A stretch of DNA of 63,873 bases, counting the filler, from Octopus bimaculoides (lineage: Eukaryota): NCBI RefSeq assembly GCF_001194135.2. It is 6 parts of 6 records of this genome, joined end to end, with 100 filler letters (N's around TTAATTAATTAA, not from the genome) between each part and the next. Parts side by side here need not be neighbours in the genome. Positions count along the whole stretch, not along the records: positions 1 to 25,939 come from NC_068990.1; positions 26,040 to 48,575 come from NC_068989.1; 4 more parts are not named here. One strand, 5' to 3'. Numbering within the stretch: the first letter of the stretch is position 1; each line of letters starts with the position of its first letter. Positions 25,451-37,329 of the stretch are shown here, in pieces. The translations under genes and the position numbers were made by a program. The notes below the pieces were generated by a model. The model made no database searches. It was not told the DNA's origin and saw nothing but the letters and a program-made list of their open reading frames with translations.

Positions 25451-25652
25451 TTTTTTTCTCTGGTTCTCAACGTTCTCAGTATTCATCCAGCCAGTCATCA
25501 GCACTTTGTCCTCATTCTGGTAATGTGCACTTAGAATGAAGTTACCAGAAGTTAGTTGAAAACCAGCTCTGGCAATCGTCGGAAGTGACTGCCAGAGTTG
25601 GCTCTCATCTTCTGGTATGAAACTGATTGGCAATTTGAGTATTGTTAAACTT

Positions 25653-25687
<35 letters not shown>

Positions 25688-25939
25688 GCACACACACGCA
25701 CGCACGCACGCATGCACACATACATGCATGCATGCACATGCACACACAGACACACACACATGCAAACCTACACACACAAACACACACACAAACATGCACA
25801 TACAAACACACATACACAAACACACACACACCCTCACACACACACACACATGCACATGCACATAAACTGTATTAGTTACTTTGTGCTTCCATGCAATAAG
25901 GCAAAATGCTCACTATACACAAGTGTTTATAAGTGTAAG

Positions 25940-26039
25940 NNNNNNNNNNNNNNNNNNNNNNNNNNNNNNNNNNNNNNNNNNNNTTAATTAATTAANNNNN
26001 NNNNNNNNNNNNNNNNNNNNNNNNNNNNNNNNNNNNNNN
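25940..26039. other. Assembly gap spacer (44 N + TTAATTAATTAA + 44 N); similar spacers near 48620, 56782, 60824 and 62677
   Basis: The same 12-mer, which has stops in all six frames, sits centrally in ~100-nt N runs. Confidence 0.9.
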
Positions 26040-27838
26040 TAATAGATTTAAAGTGTGTGTTGTGTGCATATGTGTGTGTGCGCGCGTGTGTGTGAAAGAG
26101 AGAGAGGTGTGTTGTCGTGTGTGTGTGAAGGAGTGAGAGAAGGTGTGTGTTGTTGTTGTTGTTGTGTGTGTGCTGTGTGAGGGAGAGAGTGACAGCATAC
26201 ATTTTAAAAATTATTTTTCCTATTTTGAGCGAGTGTATGAGCAATTGACTGAGAGAAAGGGGTGTGTGTTGTAAGAGAAAGAGAGAGAGAGAGAGAGAGA
26301 GTGATAGCGTAAATTTTATTCATTTTCTTTTTCTCGCATCTTTTTTTAGTGTTTGACTGAGACAGAGAGAGAGAGAGGTGTGTTGTCAGAGAGAGAGAGA
26401 GAGAGAGAAGGTGTGTCTTGCTCTGTTTGTGTGTGTGAGAGAGGGAGAAAGTGATATCGTAAATTCTTTTTATTTATTTAGTGTTTCTCACATCTTTTTT
26501 TAGTGAGTGAGTGTGAGTGATTGACTGAGATATTGACTATATAAAATGGCCAGGGTCAGTTGCACGCAAGCAAACACATATGTACACCCATTATTTGTCA
26601 TATACACGTACATGCATAAATACATATGCATACGTCTTTTATACGTGTGCGTGTGAGAGAGAGAAAAGTCAGTCACTCATGACAATTTTTGTTTGCATGT
26701 ATGTATAAGTAGTTAAGTAAAATTTACGCTATCACACACTCTCTCTCTCTCTCTCTGTCACACACACATACAGCAACACACACCTTCTCTCACTCTTTCT
26801 TTCTCTCTCTCTCTCTCTCAGCCAATCAATCACACGTTCACCGCAAAACGACGCAAGAAAAAATAAAAGAAAAAATGTACGCTGTCACTCTCTCTCTCTC
26901 TCTCTCACATACCCATACAGCACACACTTTCTGTCTTGCACCCCCCCCCCNNNNNNNNNNNNNNNNNNNNNNNNNNNNNNNNNNNNNNNNNNNNNNNNNN
27001 NNNNNNNNNNNNNNNNNNNNNNNNNNNNNNNNNNNNNNNNNNNNNNNNNNNNNNNNNNNNNNNNNNNNNNNNNNNNNNNNNNNNNNNNNNNNNNNNNNNN
27101 NNNNNNNNNNNNNNNNNNNNNNNNNNNNNNNNNNNNNNNNNNNNNNNNNNNNNNNNNNNNNNNNNNNNNNNNNNNNNNNNNNNNNNNNNNNNNNNNNNNN
27201 NNNNNNNNNNNNNNNNNNNNNNNNNNNNNNNNNNNNNNNNNNNNNNNNNNNNNNNNNNNNNNNNNNNNNNNNNNNNNNNNNNNNNNNNNNNNNNNNNNNN
27301 NNNNNNNNNNNNNNNNNNNNNNNNNNNNNNNNNNNNNNNNNNNNNNNNNNNNNNNNNNNNNNNNAAACTTCATTGCATGAGATAGATACCATGAAATTCC
27401 TTGAATTGAGTTCTATCATTTAAGCTTAATTAAAATATAGTTTGTTTTTAAAATAAAAAAGTTGATTATACTTAAATCCAATTTTTTGCCTGTTTTTCGT
27501 GATATTTTACCTCACAAATTTTTTTATACAAATTTTTGTTGCATGGGATCAAAACTATGAAATTCTTCATGCTTTTGTCTATCATTGAAGCTAAGATAAA
27601 TATATTTTGTTTTTAAAATAAAAATGTTATTTAGATTTAAACTTGATTGGAGGTGTTACTCTCCTATAATATTGCTACAAATTTTGATGTAAACTTTTTT
27701 CTACTAGATCAAATCTCAATTTTTTATGCCAAAATGTAGCTAGGGACCAGCCCTCTCCAAAAATCTTAACAGTTTTCAATTTAGATAAGAACTGAATTAG
27801 CGACCAAGCTCTAAAGATACTGTGAGTGAATTGCGGCC
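26040..27838. mobile_element. Composite DNA-transposon-like region with inverted arrays and a TTAA-flanked right end
   Basis: ~140-bp units repeated forward at 26100-26530 and inverted at 26715-26940; subterminal direct repeats at 27385-27650; ends ...gcggcc|TTAA. Left end lost in a gap. Confidence 0.45.
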
Positions 27839-29821
27839 TTAAGAATATTATTCAACTACTACCGTAGTTGAATAATATTAGAGTGGGAGATATGACTGCA
27901 TAGAGGTTCCATTGACAAGTAAAATAATTGGAATAACAGTGTTATTTCGATGTTGGGACTTATAGGTGTGTTAGCTGGAATAATGAATATTAAGCTTCAG
28001 TGTATGTGAATAATTTTCAGCAGAGGTAGCATTACTGCATATATAGCTGAATGGAATAAAACACTGAAATACCATAATTTGTTGGTAATTTAACATTTTT
28101 TTAACCTTGTGACATTTGAAGACTTCATTGGAGCTGGACCACAGTGATATTTAACTTCAGGGACATAAAGTGCTGAGGATGCATGCATAGACAACAGCTG
28201 CTGTTGTGGAAAAATGCAATGCCTTTTTTTTGTACACTTACAAAATTGGACTAAAGTCCACCTCAACAGTATTTTCTGTCCCCCACTGATTCATTGAAGT
28301 CCATTCCCTTGCCTTTGAGCTTGCTAGACAGTAATTAGGAACAACATCTTGATCCATTTGTAGTGACGCCTGGTTCCAGTTGCCATTTTGGGATTTTCAT
28401 CCATGCATGTGCAGGAATTAGAGCCTTCCAGAAGGCCTGCCGGAAGCCCCTTATGCGCCATTCTTCCTCTTCACCTCTGCTACTGACCGAGCTGCACACA
28501 AACTTGACCAGCTCCATGTAGCTGGAGATCTGAAGGCGCCACACGACATTAGCTAACCTGTGAAGAATGCCTTCACATTTGTGATTAAACCAACTCTGTT
28601 GCTTCCACACCAAGGCACCCTAGCTACTGATTGTCCCAAGATATAACGTTTGTACAGACAGAAAATAAATATTGTTATTTGTTCGGATATTCTTGCTCCA
28701 CTATTTTCATTCCACGTTTATGTGAGGAATTGTGTGGCACCCATCCAGTGTCAACCTCACTTGCTACACATTCATGCACATTGCTAATGAGGAGGCATTT
28801 GGCTACTTCTATAAGTGATTTCAGAAATGTTCTTTTCTGTTCCTTCAATGTGGTGTGTGAACAGTGCTACTGCTTACACATCATAACAATGTGCATGATG
28901 ATGGTGAATCCAAATTGATAGGCATAACTTAAAATTTTTTTTTTCATTGAAAAAACAATATAAATAAAACACTGACAAAAAATGAAGGGGTACCATCATG
29001 TGTCCTGAAGGCACAACGACCTACTAGTATCATATTGCCCATTAGTTGGTCAACCTTAATGAGATACAAAAGGTCCAATTTGGGAAAACACAACCAGACA
29101 TCAGAGCCCAAGAGACTTCAAGTCAAGGGAGCACTAGAGACATTCATTCAGCCCCTGTTCCTAATAAATATGAACTTTTAATGGGAATCATAACAGCTCA
29201 AAATAGCGCCCAACTGTGTAATTTGGAGCTGAGTTGATCAACAGGGATGAAACCCAACCTTGGCCAATCTCTGAAGTAATCTTTTAAGATAATCCTAGCA
29301 TGTCCTACCCTACATGTTGGTCCCCACTACAACAGTTCTAGAATTTCAATATTGTTAGTTGACCTTGAGTGCAGCTGGACCAAACTCGCATAGTTAACTA
29401 TCAGACACAGCTCCAACCAGAGACACTTGGCTGAATTTCTTCTCTATGACATTGAGTTCTGGGCAGAAATCACATAGGTGGCAAATTAGCAGAGTCACTA
29501 GAGCATCAAACGGAATGCTTTGTGGTTATTTGTTCTGACTCTCTGCACTTTGAGGTCAACTTTGCCATTCATCTTTTCAGTGTTATTAAAAAAAATACCA
29601 ATGCAAGGCAGTGGATTAGCAGAACTGTAAGAACATCAAACTTGATATCTTACTGTATTTGTTTTGACTCTTTTTGTCTGAGTTCAAAGCCTTTCATAGC
29701 CTAGTTTGGTGGTAGACTTAATCCATGGCTCAGTTTAACACCACCATTAAATAACTTGGTTGTTTTTAGTGGAGTTCACTCTGTTGCAAGCATTCTGGCC
29801 AGGGTTTTGGTTTAAGGATAC

Positions 29822-29888
29822 CTTCCTTCTTCCCTCCCATCGTCTTGGCAGCACTTTAATGGGTCAAATACACTGCCTTTTCTCCTGA
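29822..29888 (-). CDS. Candidate exon of the unidentified gene (RRKGSVFDPLKCCQDDGREEG)
   Basis: 67 nt, phase 1 to 2, strong acceptor ttttttctttatcttttag, donor AG|gtatcc; phase-compatible with 23391-23510. Confidence 0.4.
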
Positions 29889-30186
29889 CTAAAAGATAAA
29901 GAAAAAAGTGCAGGATAAAAAATTCTTGATAAGAAATTTTGTTGTGTCTGGGGAGAGTCATTCTGCCGTAACAAAGGATCTTGCAGACCAGATACAAAAA
30001 TGGAGATTTATAAGAAATGTTTTCTTTCTATGACACAACCTTCATAATTTAACCAGAGGATGGCGTTGGTCACTAGACAGATGTACAATTCCATTCATAA
30101 AGTTATAAATTCATCTTCCCTAAACTTTCAAATAATATTTTTGCTTACATTTCAAAATGAGTTGTTAATTTGCAATTATTTTTACT

Positions 30187-30246
<60 letters not shown>

Positions 30247-31705
30247 TATAACTTACTTGGAAATGGATATATATATATTTTAAATAGAAATGCCTTATTT
30301 TCTATGATGTAACTTTTGTAAAGTTAACTAAATAATGCTGTTGAGAAATGAAAGTAGAAATCTGTCATAATCTACAACTCACTTTTAAGCATTTATTTAT
30401 TAATTTCATTTACTCTTGATAACCAAATATATTTTTGCTCATTTCCAGTTTCCTTTTCTTTCATTTTTCAATTCCACACGTGTTCTTAAAACAAAAGATC
30501 GGAAGAGACACAAAGACTTCCAGCAATAAATTAATCAGTTTAAATCAAAAAATGATTTAGTTATGCTGCGCCAAAGTATCAGATGATGCTTGTGAAATTG
30601 CCTGGCTATTCTAATATTTTGGCTTACCTCAAAATTTTTTAAGGAGAAACATCTGTCTCCTCTGGTGTAAAGCATAACAGAGATAGGTTTTTCACTTGAA
30701 TGATATGGGTGGAATTGAAAATGAAAGACAATGAAGCCAGGAATGTACAAAAAATAAACTTTGTTATCCTGAGTAAGCAAAGTGAATAAATAAATACTTA
30801 AAAGCAGATTATTGATCNNNNNNNNNNNNNNNNNNNNNNNNNNNNNNNNNNNNNNNNNNNNNNNNNNNNNNNNNNNNNNNNNNNNNNNNNNNNNNNNNNN
30901 NNNNNNNNNNNNNNNNNNNNNNNNNNNNNNNNNNNNNNNNNNNNNNNNNNNNNNNNNNNNNNNNNNNNNNNNNNNNNNNNNNNNNNNNNNNNNNNNNNNN
31001 NNNNNNNNNNNNNNNNNNNNNNNNNNNNNNNNNNNNNNNNNNNNNNNNNNNNNNNNNNNNNNNNNNNNNNNNNNNNNNNNNNNNNNNNNNNNNNNNNNNN
31101 NNNNNNNNNNNNNNNNNNNNNNNNNNNNNNNNNNNNNNNNNNNNNNNNNNNNNNNNNNNNNNNNNNNNNNNNNNNNNNNNNNNNNNNNNNNNNNNNNNNN
31201 NNNNNNNNNNNNNNNNNNNNNNNNNNNNNNNNNNNNNNNNNNNNNNNNNNNNNNNNNNNNNNNNNNNNNNNNNNNNNNNNNNNNNNNNNNNNNNNNNNNN
31301 NNNNNNNNNNNNNNNNNNNNNNNNNNNNNNNNNNNNNNNNNNNNNNNNNNNNNNNNNNNNNNNNNNNNNNNNNNNNNNNNNNNNNNNNNNNNNNNNNNNN
31401 NNNNNNNNNNNNNNNNNNNNNNNNNNNNNNNNNNNNNNNNNNNNNNNNNNNNNNNNNNNNNNNNNNNNNNNNNNNNNNNNNNNNNNNNNNNNNNNNNNNN
31501 NNNNNNNNNNNNNNNNNNNNNNNNNNNNNNNNNNNNNNNNNNNNNNNNNNNNNNNNNNNNNNNNNNNNNNNNNNNNNNNNNNNNNNNNNNNNNNNNNNNN
31601 NNNNNNNNNNNNNNNNNNNNNNNNNNNNNNNNNNNNNNNNNNNNNNNNNNNNNNNNNNNNNNNNNNNNNNNNNNNNNNNNNNNNNNNNNNNNNNNNNNAT
31701 ATATA

Positions 31706-31910
31706 CTAGCAGTAATACCTGCTGCTGATCGGGTAATTAGTTTTACTGTTTCTCGGGAGCCACATTCAAACTATTATTATATATAATTTACTCCTCATGT
31801 ATGTATGTATTTTTATAAGAGAAAAATATGTAATAAATAGAATAGAAAAAAGATCAATTTCATACATGAACCTCATGTATGTGTGTATTTTGTAAGAGAA
31901 AAACATGTAA
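31706..31910 (-). mobile_element. Helitron-type 3' end remnant
   Basis: A|CTAG followed by tacctg...cgggta hairpin arms, same layout as at 3666; two ~43-bp direct repeats at about 31793 and 31871. Confidence 0.5.
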
Positions 31911-31913
31911 TAA

Positions 31914-33570
31914 CACTGGACAATAAAGATTTTGCTACTGGGGTAAAAGCAGGTGTTTTAGACTAAATTGAGGATGCTGATTCCAATTCCACACTCAGAA
32001 TTGTTCTAGTATGTCAGGATTTTTAGTTATGTGCATGCGCAAGATTATAAGTACACTTTTGATTAGATATAAGCTGTATTATAAAATTTGTTTAAATGAA
32101 AATGGTCCTTAATTCAAAATTAAAGAAAGAAGAGCAATAAAACAAACGATGAGAAAGTTCATTATTTAGTTTAGCAATGCCAAATACGTCAGTTTGTTCT
32201 TGATAACTCTCAGTGTCATTTGCACTGCAGCCATGTGTATATCTTGCTCTGCGTGATTACTGTTTTAACAGTGTTCATTGTGTTAGATCATGAATAGGAG
32301 AGGCAGTGTGAATCACCCAGTCAAATTTTGTTATGTCTGTGGAAAATTTGCTCCACATGACCAGTGGAAGAACATTGCAACCAAATTAAAAATTGCCTAT
32401 TAATATTATTTTGGGTGTAAAGTTGGGGACCAAGACAAGAGATGGGCACCTCATATTTGCTGCACCGTGTGTTACTCAGGGCTTACACAGTGGCTGAATG
32501 GAAAATGGAAGGGAATGCCTTTTGCTGTACCAGTGGTATGGTATGAGCCAACCAAGCATGTCTCTGATTGTTACATTTGCATGACTAATATTAGTGGTTT
32601 CTCAAAAGAGATGAAAGCAAAAATTATGTATGCAGATTGTAAGTTGGCTCTAAAACCAGTCCCACATGACTTCTAGAACCCTGTCCCAGTTCCCCTCTCA
32701 CATGCTTCACTTGAAAATCTTGACACGTCACACGACGAATCCTCTGACTCTCCTATTGATGAAGAGTATGTAGGTGATTCTAAGAAAAATGAGCCAGGCT
32801 AGTTTAACCAAGAAGATTTGCATGATCTAGTAAGAGATCTAGCATTGTCAAAGGAGAGGGCAGAAGCTTTGGGATCCTAACTACAACTGAATCTCCTACA
32901 GCAAGGTGCGAAACTTTCCATTATCCATTCTCGCCAAAAAGGCTTATTTTTCTTTTTCAAGCAAGAAAATAATGCTTGTTTCTGTACTGGCGTTAATGTA
33001 CTCATGCAAAAACTAGGACATATGCATATGGCTAACAAATGGAGATTGTTTATAGACCCAAGTAAGGTTGTCACATAACGGTAATGAAAAACCTTCCATT
33101 CCTGTGGGTCATGTCGGTATAGAAGAAACTTATGAATTGATGGAACTCTTTCTGAAAAGAGTTAATTACTCAGTTCACAAGTGGAATATTTGTGGTGATT
33201 TAAGGGTGATTTCCTTCCTCCTAGGACTGCAGTTGGGATATACCAAAAATATGTGCTTCTTGTGTGTTTGAAACAGCTGCAACGACAGCAATCATTACAC
33301 TGTAAAAGACTGTCTTAAAAGAGATGAGTGCATAGTTGGTCGGTACAATGTGCAGTATATGCTACTGGTAGACCCATAAAAGATCTTCCTTCACATCAAA
33401 CTCAGCCTCATGAAAAACTTCGTAAAAGCAATGACACATGATGGTTGTGGCTTCCAGTACCTAAAAATAAAATTTGGTGCAGAGAAAAGTGACATAAAAC
33501 TGAAAGCAGGCATTTTCATTGGATCCGAGATCAGAGAATTGATATCTGATAGCAAATTCAGAGGTAAACT
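31914..33570 (+). mobile_element. Degenerate Chapaev3-like (CMC group) DNA transposon; transposase pseudogene 32290-33570
   Basis: TAA|CACTG left end; FCYVCG...WAPHICCTVC...MPFAVPVVW.EP..H..DCYIC, DLVRDLALSKE.AE.LGS, WRLFID, WNICGDL, LGLQLGYTK.MCFLC, HIKL.LMKNFVKAM, KLKAGIFIG; several stops and a frameshift; 3' end not found. Family name from recalled motifs. Confidence 0.7.
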
Positions 33571-35989
33571 GATGGAAGTTTATACTGATTTACTTTCTAA
33601 GGAAAAGTTATTTGCCATTGAAACTCATGGATTATACTGGTTTACTTACAATAGGAAATTTGCTATGGAAACAGACCGCAGCTATTACGTCTGAAATGTC
33701 AATAACAAAGGCTTCTGATTGGCTAAAATTTGCAAAAATTTCATCTTTTAAAGGTTTATAACATTTTAATGCAAAACAACATCAGTGTATCAGACAGAGC
33801 AAACCAAAAGACAAAGATCTGGTACATTATTTTATTAATCCTGGAAAAATTTAAAGAAAAGTTGACCACCATGGCAGGTGTGCTCAGAATGTTAGGAACC
33901 ACAACAGAAATCTATAAATATTACATTTAGTAATTTACTTTTGTGAATTTACCTATTTGTTTTGCTTGCTCAGCAAAGCCAACTTAATTTTTGTACATTC
34001 CAGCTTCATTTTTAATTTTGTGCTTATATGGCCTGCAAGCAAAAAAATCACCAATTTATACTATTCTACTTACCAGTGTAGCATCTATGCAATTGTGTTA
34101 ATTACTGGAAATCACAGCCAAATCTTTCTCTTCCAATATTAACTCAAACATTGAATAAGAAGGTTAAAAAAAAAAATTACAAACCCCCTCTAAACACAAA
34201 GATGAACAAAATAATTATGCAAACATATTTTCCTCAGTGTGAAAAAAAAAAAAAAGGAACACTTTTGGGTAGCTGTCAAACAGAGATAGCTAGTTTGATA
34301 AAGTGAAAGTGGCATGTTACAATTAAAGCTTGTTGTACTTCTACAATTAAAAAAACGTAATTAATGCATACTACTAAAGAAGAAACCATGTTGGATTACT
34401 TGAATATGAACATCTCTAGTCTACTGAATTTTCTGAAGAGAATGAGGTTAAACAATTCTGCTGCTACTGTTTCTTTAATATTTATTAGAGTTAATTCAGT
34501 GACATTTTTTAGCTTGTGATCACAAACAGAAACTGGAAGTAAAAGAAGAAAAATCATAAATCACTGTAAAATCTCCATAAATCAAAGGTGAATGAATATT
34601 ATTTCAGCTATCTGATATGTCTATAATGATATAGTCTGAATGATTTAGTATGAAAAGTCCGAGTGTTTGTTTATGAATGAGGATTTTTTTATGAAATAAA
34701 AATGTCTAAATGATTGGTAAAATAAGAAAGCAAAAATTTGCTGAGTAATAATGTTTCATGCAAATCAAAAGCTGCATGAAAATGTTGTTTTCATGGTTTC
34801 TGCACCAATGCTCCACATGTGCTGCAATGGGAGAGTTGCTGACTGCCATTCATATTTGAAAATTCATGGAAATTTATAATTTCCGCTTTCACTTCTGGTT
34901 TCAGTTTTATTTTTTATTATAAACCAAAAGAGTACCAATTTATTATTTTTTGATAAGGAAAACTACAAAGTCCCAGTATTTTTCAGGCAAGTGCTTGCTT
35001 AGTACTGCAGTCTTCATGACATATCAACAGGTCTCTCTATTGGCCTTGTTTCCAGTGGTATACAGAAAAGCTGCTACTGTTTACATTTCTTGCTTAGTGT
35101 CATATTACATATCTATATCTGGTATCAGTACTTATTTTAATCTTGTTTCACTGATTGAGTGATCTATTATCTTTGCCTTTTATTACATTGGATGTTGCTT
35201 TTACTGTGACCTTGCTTTAGTATATCAGCTAGTAGGATAGGTTTGATAGATAACTGATTCTTCAGCTATGGGCAGTCAACTGTAGTGGAGCCTTTGAATA
35301 ATGACCACTCAAATATGATTTAGTCATATAATGTTTGATTGCACGGAAGTGCCAAACAATTTCAAATTTTGAGCCTAAAAACTGCTTGCATCCTGTCTTA
35401 TGGATGAAAAATATCACAAGTAGACTTCAATTTGAAATCAAGCACTAGGTTATCTTTTTTAAATGAAAGCTTGGTGACTGGATATTTTAGTGGGCTATCC
35501 TTTTGCTGGTTTATGCATTTTCTTCCAAGTTAATCAGTGTGTCTCCATGTGGTATGTGGAGATCATTCTCCATATGCTGCAAGTCACCTCAGCATAAACA
35601 GCATCAAATAATTGTTTGAGTGAAGAGGCATTTATATATATTTAAATATAATGATTACTACTCAAAATACATGATACTTAATACAAACTATGTTTATGTG
35701 TGTAGCAATCTGTGTTCTGCATTAAAAAATGAATAATTGGAATTTAAATATCAAAGTAGGTCACTAATATAATTGAGAATTGGACTTAGTTGCCAAAGAT
35801 TATCTATATTTAAATGTGAGGTGTGTGTATGTGTTCAGAATTTACAAAATAAACACCTCCAAGACCATATTCACTATTTTGGAGTATTTATTTTGCTAAA
35901 TATTACCTCACACCACACTCTACTGTTTGTCAAAAAAAAAAAAAAATCAGAGGAAGACAGAAAGTTGGAATAGAATTGTAGAGGTAAAC

Positions 35990-36095
35990 TTTCTCTCCCT
36001 CTCTGAAATAATGGGAGAAAGAGAGATAGAGAGGAGGGAGAGAGAGAGAGAAAGATGAAGAGAAAGAAAGAGAGAAAATAAGTGACACACTTAGA

Positions 36096-36140
<45 letters not shown>
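35990..36140. repeat. (GA)n-rich microsatellite
   Basis: Read directly. Confidence 0.9.
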
Positions 36141-36259
36141 TGAGTGAGGGAGGAGAGTATTGTTGGTTAGAATAGCAGCTCCCTCTGTTGGGTTAATGCA
36201 GGAAAGACTTACTTTCTCCTGGAAGCAATACCATGTTGCTTCTGGTGAGAAACTCATGA

Positions 36260-36848
36260 TTGAGGAGAGTTCAGTGACAGGATGCATTGTCTTTGTAAAG
36301 AATCTAATTCTTCATGCCCCACAGATCTGGTCACTTTCGCTGGATGTCCTCCCTCAGATGCTTCAAAGCGTTGCAGTAGAACTCTCAATTGATGGTCTGG
36401 CTTTAGGGGACAAATTCTTGATGCACAATACCATGGATGTCAAAAAACAAAAGCAATGACCATGCTCTTGGTTGAGCTATGGCTCTGTCATGCTTTCATC
36501 AGTCATGGAGATGAAGGCCTCTTCCATTGTGACAACTGCTGCTTTGTCTCAGGGTCATCGCCATAAGCTTGCCAAAGCATGCTCAATATCTCTGTCACAG
36601 GCTTCCCAAGTTTAATGCAAAATTTCACGTTGGATCTTTGTTCCAACTTCCTGTCCATGACAAAATTGCAAACTACAGCTTATATGTGGTTACAGAAACG
36701 CAAATTTCACAACTTGCAAAGTAAACAGTGATGTCACCCAGCACACTGCCTCATGAAGGCTACTGCTGACTTTCACTGTGCATGCAACTGTATGCTGTCA
36801 TCTGTTGGTGCACTACAGAACTAGTCTGGGAACTTTTTCATACCACCT
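36260..36848 (-). mobile_element. Mariner-like element 5' fragment
   Basis: Same TIR and 5' region as 18083-18410, in reverse complement. Confidence 0.65.
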
Positions 36849-36967
36849 CTATTCTACTGGCTTCTTTTGCCAAACTACTAAGTTATGTGGATGTAAACAC
36901 ACCAACATATACATACATAATACATATGATAAAACTTACTTAGTTATTTTTTAAAGCCTGGTACTTA

Positions 36968-37170
36968 CAAGGTGGTATCAAAAAGTTTCCAGACTAATCA
37001 TGTTTAATAAAAAATTATTTATTTACCTACATTTTAACATCATCTTCTTCAAAATAGTCACCTTGTGCAGCAATACACCTATCCTGCTATTCCTGTCACT
37101 TTTGGAATCCAGCCTGGAGGTCATTTTCCATAAGCGAGTTGAGGACTTTCTGTGATTCACTCTGAATATC
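36968..37170 (-). mobile_element. Mariner-like element 3' end
   Basis: TIR aggtggtatcaaaaagtttccagact; the minus strand encodes CIAAQGDYFEEDD, a typical mariner transposase C-terminus. Confidence 0.7.
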
Positions 37171-37240
37171 AACAACGGTATTATTAAAAAATAACTTACT
37201 TGGATATGGATGTGTGGCGTTCGATCATATAATAATATAG

Positions 37241-37290
<50 letters not shown>

Positions 37291-37329
37291 TTTAGAAAGG
37301 TTGTTTGTTTTGGCCTATCAGAGAATGAC

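Noticed and set aside
25984-25995. Recurrent TTAATTAATTAA inside N runs (also near 48620, 56782, 60824, 62677)
   Set aside because: It sits centrally in ~100-nt gaps with 44 N on each side where counted; a synthetic scaffolding spacer, not a biological motif.
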